From positions 1 through 64,000 of the IMG/VR virus record IMGVR_UViG_3300043120_000083: a stretch of DNA of 64,000 nt, one strand, 5' to 3'. This DNA is from a virus. Taxonomy: Duplodnaviria; Caudoviricetes. The position numbers and the translations under genes are program-made. The notes beneath the pieces are model-generated. The model made no database searches. It had not been told where the DNA came from and saw nothing but the letters and a program-made list of their open reading frames with translations. Below, in pieces: positions 18,845 through 29,610 of the stretch. Each line of letters begins with the position of its first letter. Position 1 is the stretch's first letter.

Positions 18845-19307
18845 ATATGGAGTTTGTTCAAGGTGTGATAAAAAAAGGTTGATTGTAAACAAAACTCATA
18901 ATTTATGTGAAGAATGTAACCATATAAGATTACACGGAGTAACAAAAATTCAATCTCACTTTTATAAAAACAAAGGGGTTGGGAACAAAAGAAAAAATCA
19001 AATTGAGAAAGATGAAGAAACTTACGAAGAAGTATTCAGAGAAAAACCTTACAAGTGTGAAAATTGTGGAGCACCTCTTCCCACTAAATTCAGGGATGAT
19101 GAGGGTAAGATTATAGCAAGATTTCAGTATTCTCATATATTAAGTAAAGGAGCATGGCCTCAATACCGAAATAAAAGTTGGAATATTATGAAGAATTGTC
19201 TTCGGTGTCATGGAGAATGGGATTTTGGAGAGAAACAACAAATGCCAGTATATAAAAAATGTAAACAATTAATTATTAATAAAACAGGGAGAGACTTATT
19301 AGTATGA
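18834..19307 (+). CDS. Zn-finger/HNH-like (NinG-like) nuclease
   Basis: Four CxxC pairs; 'SHILSKGAWP..N..CLRCH'. Confidence 0.6.
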   Translation: MRYEYGVCSRCDKKRLIVNKTHNLCEECNHIRLHGVTKIQSHFYKNKGVGNKRKNQIEKDEETYEEVFREKPYKCENCGAPLPTKFRDDEGKIIARFQYSHILSKGAWPQYRNKSWNIMKNCLRCHGEWDFGEKQQMPVYKKCKQLIINKTGRDLLV

Positions 19308-19825
19308 ATGAATATTTAAAAAGTGCAGGTAAAAGGTTTAAAGATAAGTTTGGTAAGGAATTTTTGATTAACCCTATTTCTAATATAGATGGGGAGATAG
19401 TTACGGAAATTATAGAATTATTTAAAAAACTAAAAGCCAATGAGATTGTAGCAGTATTAAAAGAATATAAGTATAAAAAAGATACAGAAATAAGAGACTC
19501 CCTTTTAGATTTGAATACTAATTTTAAAACTAAGTCTGTAAGTATTGATAAAGAATTAGGAGAGGAAGAAGAAACGGAAGAAAAATCAAGAATCTTGTAC
19601 TTCCGAGACTACCAAGAAACATTCATTAAAAAGTATTTTGTGTTGGGAGGAAGAAAAATGGTCTTTGTGGACAAAGAGACAAGAGCAGAGTTTCCTTCTA
19701 TACTTCTAAATGAAGTTAGTGAATTAGCTACTTCTAAACCTATGTATTCAAATACTATGCTTATGTATGAATCAGAAGAAGAAAGGGATGAAGATTTTCA
19801 GATGTTACTTTCTGAAATGAAATAA
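19304..19825 (+). CDS. hypothetical protein
   Basis: 173 aa ORF overlapping the upstream stop. Confidence 0.6.
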   Translation: MNEYLKSAGKRFKDKFGKEFLINPISNIDGEIVTEIIELFKKLKANEIVAVLKEYKYKKDTEIRDSLLDLNTNFKTKSVSIDKELGEEEETEEKSRILYFRDYQETFIKKYFVLGGRKMVFVDKETRAEFPSILLNEVSELATSKPMYSNTMLMYESEEERDEDFQMLLSEMK

Positions 19826-19854
19826 TCGTTGAGAATAATAAATATTAAAAATAG

Positions 19855-20070
19855 ATGAAAATAAGGCTATATGAGAACGTAAATTTATCAGACATGAGAA
19901 TATACCTAAATAAGAATTTCAGCAAGAGAAACGGTGCTGAGATAACAATTCCAGACGTTCAGGGGTATATTGAAAGGGGTAAACTTCCCGGATATATGGG
20001 TAACTATTCAATAGAAAGAAATAAGGAAATAAAAAGTGTTAAACTGTATAACTTAATTAAAAATGGCTGA
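19855..20070 (+). CDS. hypothetical protein
   Basis: 71 aa ORF in operon. Confidence 0.55.
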   Translation: MKIRLYENVNLSDMRIYLNKNFSKRNGAEITIPDVQGYIERGKLPGYMGNYSIERNKEIKSVKLYNLIKNG

Positions 20071-20713
20071 TTACAAAAATTACATTTTTACTGTTGACGT
20101 TGAAACAGGAGGATTGCCTTCTAAGCTGAAAAAGAAAGCAGTTCATGAGGTAGCATTGACAGAGATTGCGTGGGTAATTATAGATAATGATACTCTTGAG
20201 ATTGTTGAAAAAGAAAGTTGGCTAATTAAACCTTACGATGACAATTTGATCTATGATCCATTTGCTGCCAAAGCCTCAAATATCACAAAAGAAATGTGTG
20301 AAGAACAGGGTGTAACTATTGAAGAAGCATTTGAAGGCACTCTACAACTATTGAAGAAATATAAAAGAGGGAGAAAGAAACCGTATCTTGCAGGACAAAA
20401 CATATTAAAATTTGATTTAGATTTCATTGAAGGGTTTTTTGAATGGAATAAAAAAGATGCTTCAGATTTCTTTCATGAAGAAATTATAGATACAATGGTT
20501 TGGTCTCGTCACCGTTGGCCGGAGGAAGGTAAGCATAATCTTGCTGTAATATCAGAGCGTTGCGGATTAGAACATACAGAAGCCCACAGAGCATTGCCCG
20601 ATACTGTTATTACAGGGCAAGTGGTTATAGATTTCATAAAAGGTATGAGAGGAATGGGAAGTAAGGTTGAAGAAAAAGAGGAAGTAAGATTTAGGGACAC
20701 ATTTGAAATTTAA
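20063..20713 (+). CDS. DEDDh 3'-5' exonuclease (DnaQ/epsilon-like)
   Basis: ExoI 'DVETGG', ExoII 'GQNILKFD', ExoIII 'HRALPD'. Confidence 0.9.
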   Translation: MADYKNYIFTVDVETGGLPSKLKKKAVHEVALTEIAWVIIDNDTLEIVEKESWLIKPYDDNLIYDPFAAKASNITKEMCEEQGVTIEEAFEGTLQLLKKYKRGRKKPYLAGQNILKFDLDFIEGFFEWNKKDASDFFHEEIIDTMVWSRHRWPEEGKHNLAVISERCGLEHTEAHRALPDTVITGQVVIDFIKGMRGMGSKVEEKEEVRFRDTFEI

Positions 20714-20716
20714 AAT

Positions 20717-23700
20717 ATGCCGAATATTGAAGAAAATAAAGATGAAATATTACTATCATACAGACAAATACAACAGGTTCAACAATATTCAAATGAAATA
20801 ATAGACAATCTACCAGCAAAAGCTTTAGATGAGTTATTAGGAGGGTATTACTATGACCAAGAAGGATTGTTGAATGAGATATACAGTCAGGTAAATTCTG
20901 TATTAAATTTAGGTGGTAGTTTAAATTCAGACAGGTTAGGGTATCTGGACGACCTGGAAGAAAGTATGGACAGAACTTTACGTAAACTGTCTTACAATTA
21001 CTTCAAAACAACATGCCTTCCTAATTTCAATCAAGGGTGGAGGAATTTAGAATGGGGAAACCTTGTTCAACTTTATCCGTGGTCGTTGTTTCTTGCTGCA
21101 AGGGCGCATGGGAAATCGTATGAGTGGGTTTTCGGGTTCTTACTTTGGAGGTTGTACAGTTATGACAGGCCAGATTATCACCAAAGAGACACTGTGGATA
21201 ATAAGAATAGAAAAGAAACACTGATAATAACTAACGAGAGTTCTCTTGGTGTCACCCACCTTGCTAAAGTTATTGAAGAAATAAACCATAATGATGTTTT
21301 AAAAGAAAAACTTAATCCCACAGGAAAAGAATTAGGGAAGACAGGGTTTGCGACTGCAACAGGTTCTCTTGTAAAATTACGTTCCCTGTTTAGTTCAGGT
21401 ATTAGAGGAAACCATTGCGGAACGGTAATTTATGATGATTTATTAGATGAAAGTTCACTTTATTCTAAAGATCAAAGAGCAAAAGCAAAAGAAATTTTTT
21501 ACGGAGCAATAACACCAGTAGTTGAACCGGGAGGATTTTTAGTTGGTGGTGGTTGTGTAAACCCTAATAGTATTATCCAAACAGATAATGGGTTGCAGAG
21601 AATTGGGAATATCTCTCCTAAGTCATCATTAAAAGAAAAAGATGTTGTTGACTTTAATTATAGTGTTTATGGAAAGAATGGTTATCAATTAACATCTAAG
21701 TATTGGTATAATGGGTTAACTGATACTAATAAAATTAAAACATTAATAGGTTTAAATTTAGAATGTAGCCAAATACACCCTTTATATAAGTTGAATGAAA
21801 ACAGTTTAATAGAATGGAAACAATCCAAAGAACTTAAGGTAGGTGATTATATAGGGGTTTTGTATAATACAGGTATTGGAAATGGAGAGAAAATTAAACT
21901 AAGTCATAAAAAATATGATGTTGATTATCCTAATAGAGTCATCTTATCCCATGATGGATTTTTAGATAAAGATTTAGCTTATTTTATGGGACTGTGGGTT
22001 GCTGACGGCAGTTTTAGTAAATGTAAATCTGGATTTACTATCACTAAATTAAACAAAGGAGTTAGAGATTTTGTTTTGTCGGGATTCAATAATACTAAAT
22101 TTAAAGCTGTTGATGATATACACATGAACTTTAATAGTGTTGATATGTTAGATATTTTTCAGCAAGTAGGAATGAAAATATCGACAGCTAAAGATAAGTC
22201 TATCCCCGATAAAATATTATCATCAGACAAAGAAACAATTACTTCATTTTTATCTGGAATGTTTGATGGAGATGGATGTTTTAGTAATAATTTCATATCT
22301 TACTCAAGTATAAGTGAAAATTTAATAGACACACTTCAAGTTATATTATTACATTTAGGTATTATATCTTATAAAAGAAATGTAGGAATAGGTATATCTA
22401 AAAAGGTTGTAGGGAAACATGACCTGTTTACCTTGTCTATTTATGGAAAATCAGTAGAAGTGTTTATGAACACCATTGGTTTTAGATATAGCGGCAAAGG
22501 AGATAATTTTAATCCAGATAGATTGAATGTAGAAATTATTACCGGAGTACCGTTCCAAAATAAATTAATAAAACAAATAAGGGAAGAAAATAAAGAAATA
22601 TTAAAACCAAGAAAATTAAAATCTCCCGTTAAAACCAATAAATTAGTAAGTGAAAGGATTAAATATAAATACTTAAAGAGTATGTATGATTGGTTTGTAT
22701 CATGCGGATGCAAAGGGGATAGTTTAGAAAAGTTAGGTGTTATTTGTGAAAATGAAAATATATTGTGGCTACCTATAGAATCTATAAATAAAGGACAATG
22801 TTATACGGTTGATTTTGTAATACCAGAAGGTCATAATTTTGTTTCAAATGGTATAATTTCACACAACACCCCCTACGCAAGTGGAGATTTGTACACCGAT
22901 ATAAAAAATGATCCAAACCACATGGTTTTTGAATACCCAGCTATTGTTCCTCAATATAATAATGGTACATTGGGGTATAAATTATTAGCCCCTGATAGAT
23001 TCACATATAAAGGATTGTTAGATATTAAAGAATCATTAGGTTCTGCTGTGTTTTCCCGTGAGTATTTAACTTCACCGGTTACAGATGGAAGTTCGATATT
23101 CCCTTATGAAATCCTTGACAAGTGCCATATTGGAATGGAGAATATAGGATTTGCTAACAATATAGAATCATTCCCTGTTAAGATGAAAAGGGTTATTTGT
23201 GGTTGCGATTTTGCAATTTCTGGGAATATTGGTTCTGATTTTAGCGTCTTTAGTGTTTGGGGGATAGACAATAACGAGACTTACTATCTTATGTATGTTT
23301 GGCGTAAAAGCGGAGCAAGCCATAATGAACAGGTAAATCAAATTGTGGCTATTGATCAAAGATTTAAGCCAAACATGATAGTTTGTGAGAACAACGGTTT
23401 TCAAAAAATTATTGCTGATTTAGCTAAACAAAGAGGGTTAAGGAATATTGAACCTTTTACAACAACAAGTCACAATAAAAAGAATAGCTATGACGGTTTA
23501 CCTTCATTGGCAGCAATAATGGAGCGTGGTCAAATGCGTATGCCTTACAAAGAAGGAACAACACGTGACACAGTTGAAGTATTTAGGCAAGAGTTCCATG
23601 AAATATCTTTCAATGAAGATAAAGGCACTTTAGAGGGTGTGGGAACGCATGATGATTGTCCAATGAGTACTTTCTTCGCTATAACAAAATTGAGGGAGAA

Positions 23701-23731
23701 TACAGTAAGATTTAGAGCACATTTAGTGTAA
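20717..23731 (+). CDS. terL: terminase large subunit containing an intein
   Basis: Walker A 'AARAHGKS', 'IRGNH', Walker B 'VIYDDLL', 'FSREYL', nuclease 'GCDFA..SDFS', C-terminal 'HDDCPMS'. Confidence 0.9.
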   Translation: MPNIEENKDEILLSYRQIQQVQQYSNEIIDNLPAKALDELLGGYYYDQEGLLNEIYSQVNSVLNLGGSLNSDRLGYLDDLEESMDRTLRKLSYNYFKTTCLPNFNQGWRNLEWGNLVQLYPWSLFLAARAHGKSYEWVFGFLLWRLYSYDRPDYHQRDTVDNKNRKETLIITNESSLGVTHLAKVIEEINHNDVLKEKLNPTGKELGKTGFATATGSLVKLRSLFSSGIRGNHCGTVIYDDLLDESSLYSKDQRAKAKEIFYGAITPVVEPGGFLVGGGCVNPNSIIQTDNGLQRIGNISPKSSLKEKDVVDFNYSVYGKNGYQLTSKYWYNGLTDTNKIKTLIGLNLECSQIHPLYKLNENSLIEWKQSKELKVGDYIGVLYNTGIGNGEKIKLSHKKYDVDYPNRVILSHDGFLDKDLAYFMGLWVADGSFSKCKSGFTITKLNKGVRDFVLSGFNNTKFKAVDDIHMNFNSVDMLDIFQQVGMKISTAKDKSIPDKILSSDKETITSFLSGMFDGDGCFSNNFISYSSISENLIDTLQVILLHLGIISYKRNVGIGISKKVVGKHDLFTLSIYGKSVEVFMNTIGFRYSGKGDNFNPDRLNVEIITGVPFQNKLIKQIREENKEILKPRKLKSPVKTNKLVSERIKYKYLKSMYDWFVSCGCKGDSLEKLGVICENENILWLPIESINKGQCYTVDFVIPEGHNFVSNGIISHNTPYASGDLYTDIKNDPNHMVFEYPAIVPQYNNGTLGYKLLAPDRFTYKGLLDIKESLGSAVFSREYLTSPVTDGSSIFPYEILDKCHIGMENIGFANNIESFPVKMKRVICGCDFAISGNIGSDFSVFSVWGIDNNETYYLMYVWRKSGASHNEQVNQIVAIDQRFKPNMIVCENNGFQKIIADLAKQRGLRNIEPFTTTSHNKKNSYDGLPSLAAIMERGQMRMPYKEGTTRDTVEVFRQEFHEISFNEDKGTLEGVGTHDDCPMSTFFAITKLRENTVRFRAHLV
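21554..22867 (+). mobile_element. intein (438 aa) with LAGLIDADG homing endonuclease in TerL
   Basis: Starts 'CVNPNS', has block B 'CSQIHP', LAGLIDADG blocks 'YFMGLWVADGS' and 'FLSGMFDGDG', ends 'NGIISHN' followed by Thr. Removal restores 'VGGG-TP'. Confidence 0.93.
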
Positions 23732-23753
23732 ATATTTTAAATTCGTTATTAAC

Positions 23754-25121
23754 ATGTCAAACAAATTAACTGACAATTTCTTGCTTGAGTTGTTTAAACT
23801 CGCATTCCTTAAACAGCCAGTTCTTGAATCTGTGGTCACTCATTTAAAATATGAGTTCATCCCTATTGAATTGGCTCATTACAAAAAGGTTTTAAAATCA
23901 ATAGTTAATATTTATAAGGTTTCCGGTAAACTTCCCACCTACGGTGCGGTAAGCCAACAACACAATCTTGATTCAGATGTTCAGGAATTATTGAAAGATA
24001 TAAAAGACTGCCACGTTGCTGATTCTGAGATTATATTTGACCAACTTGAAGAATACATTAAGAGTATCAGGTTTCAGATACTTAGTGATCAGATTTATGA
24101 TTTATACACAGAAGGAAGAAAAGAAGAAGCTATTACCCTATCAGCTAAAGAAAGTGAGGGAATAGCTAACTTCTCTATTCGTAACGACAATGGTAAATAT
24201 CTAAGGTTATTCAAAGATTTTACAGAACAACAAAGGGCAAGAAGGGTAGATGAAGAGGAAGAAGTATCTGAAAAAGTTCCCTTTGGTATTGATTTTCTTG
24301 ATGATTTGACTCATGGGGGAATAGATATAACGGAAACTGCATTAATTATTGCACGTTCAGGTATTGGTAAATCAACAAGTCTTAAATGGACTGGTTTTTA
24401 TGCAGCCCGGTTAGGCTATGATGTTTTACATATTCAGTTAGAGGGTTCAGAAAAGGAAGCATACGATAAATATGCACAAGTTTGGACTGGATTAAGTTAT
24501 ACTAATATAAGAACAGGCAATATACCGCAAAAAGAATTTGAAGGCTTCGAGAAGGCTGCTAAGATGATGAATAATAAGGGTAAGGAACTTACTATTTATT
24601 CATTTGAAAAGTTCGATGATGTTACAATGTCAGATATACGGGATATTACTTTAGAATATGAACGTATAAATGGAAAAGTACCTGATCTGATTGTGATTGA
24701 TTCTTTAGACCTTGTTCATCCGGGAGATGGACTGAAGTATGGGGTTGACACACAAAGCATAAAAATGAAACTTCAAAACTCAGCTAAAAGGATGAAGAAC
24801 TTAACAGTTGAGTTGAAAACAAGAATATTGACTGCTACACAAACTGGAGATGTTCCACCAACAATATGGAATGATCCTGATAAGGTAATAACAAGAAACA
24901 ACACAGAAGGAGATAAAACACTTGTAAAACCTTTCTCATACGTTTACACCCTAAATCAAACAGACGATGAATTAAAGATGAAGGAGATGCGTATTTATAT
25001 AGATAAGTTCCGTAACTACTCAGTAGGAAATAAAATATATAAGATATGCACTCACTATGAGAATGGTAGGTTTTACGACAAAAAGAGAACTGCTAAAAAA
25101 TACCTGAAGCAAGATGATTAA
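23754..25121 (+). CDS. dnaB: replicative DnaB-like helicase
   Basis: 'ARSGIGKS', 'HIQLEG', 'LIVIDSLD', 'TATQ', 'IDKFRN'. Confidence 0.85.
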   Translation: MSNKLTDNFLLELFKLAFLKQPVLESVVTHLKYEFIPIELAHYKKVLKSIVNIYKVSGKLPTYGAVSQQHNLDSDVQELLKDIKDCHVADSEIIFDQLEEYIKSIRFQILSDQIYDLYTEGRKEEAITLSAKESEGIANFSIRNDNGKYLRLFKDFTEQQRARRVDEEEEVSEKVPFGIDFLDDLTHGGIDITETALIIARSGIGKSTSLKWTGFYAARLGYDVLHIQLEGSEKEAYDKYAQVWTGLSYTNIRTGNIPQKEFEGFEKAAKMMNNKGKELTIYSFEKFDDVTMSDIRDITLEYERINGKVPDLIVIDSLDLVHPGDGLKYGVDTQSIKMKLQNSAKRMKNLTVELKTRILTATQTGDVPPTIWNDPDKVITRNNTEGDKTLVKPFSYVYTLNQTDDELKMKEMRIYIDKFRNYSVGNKIYKICTHYENGRFYDKKRTAKKYLKQDD

Positions 25122-26124
25122 AGTTGAGAAAGTCAAAGAAGCTTTAAACTTACATTCTTTCGGTGCCAAAGGTTGGATGACAAATAGGAGTATAAATTGT
25201 CCAGAGTGCGGAAGAGCAGGTAAGTTTGGGTTTAAGTTTGATAAAAAAGGTGGTGCTGTTCATTGTTTTTTCTGTGACCACTCTCAAAACATATATAAGT
25301 ATTTAAGGAGCATAAACAGAAAAGATTTAATATCTAATGATGTTGAAATTAGCCTTGAATCTGGTCTTAAAAATATAAAAAGGGGTAATACCCCAGAGGA
25401 AGAAAAAGAGGACGTAAAAGAGGTTAATTTGCCACGAGGATTCAAAAGAATATATGACGATGAATATTTGAATGACAGGGGATGGTTGCCGGAACATTAT
25501 GAAGAGTATGAAGTGGGTTACACTAAACATTTTTTAGAAAAGAAGATTCATGGGTATTTAATATTCTCAATATTTCAAGAAGGAAAAAGAGTTAGTTGGT
25601 TAGCCAGAACAAAACATAACTATCAATGGCATAAAGAAAATATAATGGCAGCAAAGGAAGGGGAAGAGAAATTGATACCCCGTTACCGTAACAGTGATGG
25701 AACTGAATTTGATGAAATATTAGGAGGTTCGGATAAAATAACAGACAATACCCACACAGTTATTTTAGTTGAAGGTATGATGGATGCTATAAATACTGAT
25801 AATATATTAGGCTTAAATGAATCAGAAGAAGTAAAATGTTGCTTTACATTCGGGAATAAAGTAAGTGATAATCAAATAAATATATTAAGAAAGAAGAAAG
25901 GAGTTGAGACTGTAATATTGATGTATGATGAGGGCACAATAAAACAATCAAAAACTTATGGGTTAAAACTTTGTAAATATTACGAAACTTTTATAACTTT
26001 AAATAAAAACCCAGATGTTGATCCCGGAAATATGGATCTAAAATTTGCCATAAATCTATTGAAACACAAACAACCTGCATTAGAGTTTTATTTAAACGTA
26101 ATAGAAAGAAAGAGTTATGGCTAA
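25114..26124 (+). CDS. DNA primase (Zn finger + Toprim)
   Basis: CPEC..CFFC; Toprim 'LVEGMMDA', 'MYDEG', 'DPG'; coupled to the helicase gene. Confidence 0.85.
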   Translation: MIKVEKVKEALNLHSFGAKGWMTNRSINCPECGRAGKFGFKFDKKGGAVHCFFCDHSQNIYKYLRSINRKDLISNDVEISLESGLKNIKRGNTPEEEKEDVKEVNLPRGFKRIYDDEYLNDRGWLPEHYEEYEVGYTKHFLEKKIHGYLIFSIFQEGKRVSWLARTKHNYQWHKENIMAAKEGEEKLIPRYRNSDGTEFDEILGGSDKITDNTHTVILVEGMMDAINTDNILGLNESEEVKCCFTFGNKVSDNQINILRKKKGVETVILMYDEGTIKQSKTYGLKLCKYYETFITLNKNPDVDPGNMDLKFAINLLKHKQPALEFYLNVIERKSYG

Positions 26125-26605
26125 AAAGAGTAGGGATATACCTATCACAGAGTATTTTACAAATTTACAATTGGAATGGATTTCTTACAAGTTGAGGGAA
26201 TTAACTTACGACCGTGAGATTGACCGTAAAAGATTTCACGATATATGTGATATGAAGAGGGAGAAGATTGAAAAGTTTGCTTTTAGGAATTGTTGCAATT
26301 CAATATTTTCTTCAGAAAGTATGAAGAATAAGTACATAGATAAATTTTTAGGTGACGGATTTGGCCTTCCTAATTTTCAATATAGAGATGAAAGACAAAG
26401 AGAAGTAAATGGAATGTGGGATAAGGTTCACTACTTTAAATATGGGGTTACGATAGAGAATCAAGGAAATAATTATAAAATTAGAAGGAATATACCTAAA
26501 ATGGGTAAAGTTCAGGTGGGTATTGGTGGAGATGCTCAACAATTTTATTACGAAGATATAAAGGTTTTAGGTATATTTGATGAAATTTTTAACATGATAG
26601 GATAA
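26117..26605 (+). CDS. hypothetical protein
   Basis: 162 aa ORF in operon. Confidence 0.6.
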   Translation: MAKKSRDIPITEYFTNLQLEWISYKLRELTYDREIDRKRFHDICDMKREKIEKFAFRNCCNSIFSSESMKNKYIDKFLGDGFGLPNFQYRDERQREVNGMWDKVHYFKYGVTIENQGNNYKIRRNIPKMGKVQVGIGGDAQQFYYEDIKVLGIFDEIFNMIG

Positions 26606-29566
26606 ATGAGTAACTGGCAACAAGAAATAGACGATAAGAACTATCTACAATCTTTCAATTTAGAGAAGTCTTTCAATTCAAATTTAATTACTGAGAGCGA
26701 ATTTAAAGACCTTTTAGATAATGGGTATGAGTTAGTATCAGATAATATAGAAAAGGCTGAAAAGGACACTTCTAAACTAATAAAAAAGGAAGTCTGGGTA
26801 TCCAGACAAGGCAAGCAATTTAAACAAACGGTTTATGTAAAACCTTCTTCTGAAGAGCAGGAAGAAACCCCGGTTGGGTTTGAATTATCTCCAGAGGTTA
26901 AAGGAATGCAAATTGAAAAATATTCTGATAAAGCAATCCTAATTAAAGGCGATACTTATGCGAACGTGGACATTATGCGTAGCATTAAGAAAGAGATAGG
27001 TGTTGGAAGTTTTAATAAAAAATTATCAGGTTGGGTATTTCCTATTAAGTTCTTAGAAACTGTTTTGGGTTACTTGTGGTCAGATGTAAAAGAAAAAGAT
27101 GAAGAGAAAGCGGAAGCTATTAAAAATCAGAAAAATTCTGGATTAGATGTAGGACAAGAAGTTAATGTGGGTGAAGAAAAAGGAACAGTTGAAGAAAATG
27201 TTTCAGACAATACCGGAATAAAATATAATATCAAAACAGAAACAGGTTTGTTTTTAAACAGAGTAGATGAAAGAATTTTAGACGTTCAGCCAGAGACCGA
27301 TAATCAGAAAATTTCAGAAATTTTAAATAATGTAACTCCAGAGAGTAGATTTAAAACTACTAAAAAACTTTTCGGGATAAAACCTATTCAAGATATTCAC
27401 AAATATTCTCTACGTGAATACATGGAACTTCATGGTATCAGCAATAATGATATTGAGAAGGCTATAAATAGAATTAAAGGAAAGAAAGAAAAAAGCGAAG
27501 ATTCTAAAACAAAGACATCTACTTCGGGAGGGAGCGGAACAAAGAAAGAAAAAAGTCAAGAACTTACTAAGAATCAAATAATATCTAAACTTATATATAA
27601 TCATTATCAGGCTGTTCGTTCTGCTGTTGAAAAAGGGGAAGAATTAAAGCCTGAAGCGTTAGAGTTATATGATGAACTCAAAACTTTATACAATCAAAAA
27701 AGAAAAGCAATGTCTGAAGAAACTAAACGTAAAATTTCTGAGGCATTAAAGAAAAACAAACAAGAAGCAGAAGAAGTTGTAGATAATTTCACTAAAGAAG
27801 AGATAGATGAAATAAAAAATTCTTTCAAAGATGCTGTAAACGAAATGGTAGATAAAGAACAGTCTGTTTTGGCAGATATGTTAGTGAAAAAAGAAAAGTT
27901 AGAAGGGGAGATAAAAGATTTACGTGAAAAAGAAACGGGTTCGGAAAATTATGAAGATAGAGCTTCTTTAGGTAAAAAGAGACTGGAGAAAAGAGGAGAA
28001 CTTGAAAAATTAAATAGTGATATACGTCAACAAAAGAATGTTGTTAAAGTACTTTCCAATAAAGGTGATTTAGCTACGGTTACAGATAAGGTGGGAGTAA
28101 AACACGATAGAGTTCCTGACTTTACAAAAGTTGATACAGAAGATATTGATTTTAATGTAGATAACATTCTAACTAAAGAAAAGCCTTATTATATACCTGA
28201 AATTAATGAAGATGATTTTAGAAGTGGAGGTTACATTTTTGATGTAATTAAAATTGGTGATGATAAATACATGTTATCCACTAATAAATATAAAGAATTT
28301 TCTGAAATAAGGGATGGGTTAAGTATAGAAAGAGGGGATTACAACCCCAAAGATGGTAATTTTGTAATGATGACTTTAGATCAGGTCGTATTAACACAGG
28401 ATTACTACTCCACTAAACAGAAAGCCAAATTTAAACAAGAGGCTGAAAGAAAAAACAAAAGACAATTAGAACATTGGAATACCTTTACGGATAAAAGTAA
28501 AGAATATTACTACAATCAACGTAATTTCTATGAAGGTATGCCTGTTGCTGTAAAAAAGAAAATATCTAAAGATAAATGGGAATCTTTATCTGTCGAAGAA
28601 AAAGAAGAGATTTATATTCCAGTTAAAAAATACAGGCCAGAAAAACTTAAATCAAAATTTGATGATAAACACATGGCTAATTCTTTTCATTCTATGTATG
28701 AAAGATTTGTTGATCCTGAAAAACTAAGAACGGACGGCAAAGGAAGAACATTAAAGAGAGGAGAAAGATCTTACAGTAGTTATGCTAATCCAGAAGTTTT
28801 TCAAACTTGGAGGGATTATAGACAAACAATAGGGTGGAAAATTAACGATATTAATATTCAAAGGGAAGAAATATCTGAACAAAGAAGTAAGGCTTTAGAA
28901 ACTTCTTATGGTGAATCTGGAACAAAAGACATTCTAAAGGACAAATACGGAATTAAAGTAAAAAGACAGAATGGTGAAGAAATACAGCCTATACAGGTTG
29001 AACAAATAGAAAAAGCATGGAATAACATTCAAAAGACTTACGGTAATTTAAAAGAAAGTGCTTCAAAAGATAATTTGAAAATTTCTCATGCTGGAGAAAC
29101 TTATATGTTTGCAAGCAAAGCAATAGGAGTTTATGTGCCTTCTATGGGTACAATAGGTGTAACAGCTAAATTAGGAGATGATCAATTAGGGTTTACCTTA
29201 GGACATGAAGTTGCACACTGGTTGGATGATATTGTAGGAAGGAAAGAAGGTAAAAGACATGCTTCAGATAACTATGATTCTACTGCTGGACAGATAGCCA
29301 CAACTTTTAGGCAGAAGATGAATAAAGCTACCAACAGTAACTATCTTAATTCCACCCATGAATGTTTAGCACGTGCTTTTGAAATGCACCACGCTGTGCA
29401 GACAGAAGGTGTTAATGCGTTAAGAGGTAAAAAGGATCGTTATCAAGATGCACCTGAGTATGTATCTTTAGATGTTTATCAGAACCAAATAGAACCCCTT
29501 ATTAAACAATTCCTAAACGAAAATAAAGACATATTAAAAGCCTACGGCTTTGATTTGTTTGGTTAA
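26606..29566 (+). CDS. large polyvalent-type protein with C-terminal LPD1-like zincin domain; possible internal head/ejected protein
   Basis: 986 aa. 'GHEVAHWLD...YLNSTHECLARAFE'; N-terminal LEKS/IEKA motifs followed by 'LIKKEVWVSRQGKQFKQTVYVKP'. Confidence 0.6.
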   Translation: MSNWQQEIDDKNYLQSFNLEKSFNSNLITESEFKDLLDNGYELVSDNIEKAEKDTSKLIKKEVWVSRQGKQFKQTVYVKPSSEEQEETPVGFELSPEVKGMQIEKYSDKAILIKGDTYANVDIMRSIKKEIGVGSFNKKLSGWVFPIKFLETVLGYLWSDVKEKDEEKAEAIKNQKNSGLDVGQEVNVGEEKGTVEENVSDNTGIKYNIKTETGLFLNRVDERILDVQPETDNQKISEILNNVTPESRFKTTKKLFGIKPIQDIHKYSLREYMELHGISNNDIEKAINRIKGKKEKSEDSKTKTSTSGGSGTKKEKSQELTKNQIISKLIYNHYQAVRSAVEKGEELKPEALELYDELKTLYNQKRKAMSEETKRKISEALKKNKQEAEEVVDNFTKEEIDEIKNSFKDAVNEMVDKEQSVLADMLVKKEKLEGEIKDLREKETGSENYEDRASLGKKRLEKRGELEKLNSDIRQQKNVVKVLSNKGDLATVTDKVGVKHDRVPDFTKVDTEDIDFNVDNILTKEKPYYIPEINEDDFRSGGYIFDVIKIGDDKYMLSTNKYKEFSEIRDGLSIERGDYNPKDGNFVMMTLDQVVLTQDYYSTKQKAKFKQEAERKNKRQLEHWNTFTDKSKEYYYNQRNFYEGMPVAVKKKISKDKWESLSVEEKEEIYIPVKKYRPEKLKSKFDDKHMANSFHSMYERFVDPEKLRTDGKGRTLKRGERSYSSYANPEVFQTWRDYRQTIGWKINDINIQREEISEQRSKALETSYGESGTKDILKDKYGIKVKRQNGEEIQPIQVEQIEKAWNNIQKTYGNLKESASKDNLKISHAGETYMFASKAIGVYVPSMGTIGVTAKLGDDQLGFTLGHEVAHWLDDIVGRKEGKRHASDNYDSTAGQIATTFRQKMNKATNSNYLNSTHECLARAFEMHHAVQTEGVNALRGKKDRYQDAPEYVSLDVYQNQIEPLIKQFLNENKDILKAYGFDLFG

Positions 29567-29567
29567 T

Positions 29568-29589
29568 ACATATAATTATTTAACATTTG
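29568..29589 (+). promoter_or_regulatory. degenerate copy of the ACATATAA-N10-TTTG promoter motif
   Basis: ACATATAATTATTTAACATTTG, same 22-nt spacing, intergenic. Confidence 0.55.
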
Positions 29590-29610
29590 TAGTTCCTAAA
29601 ATATATAAAA

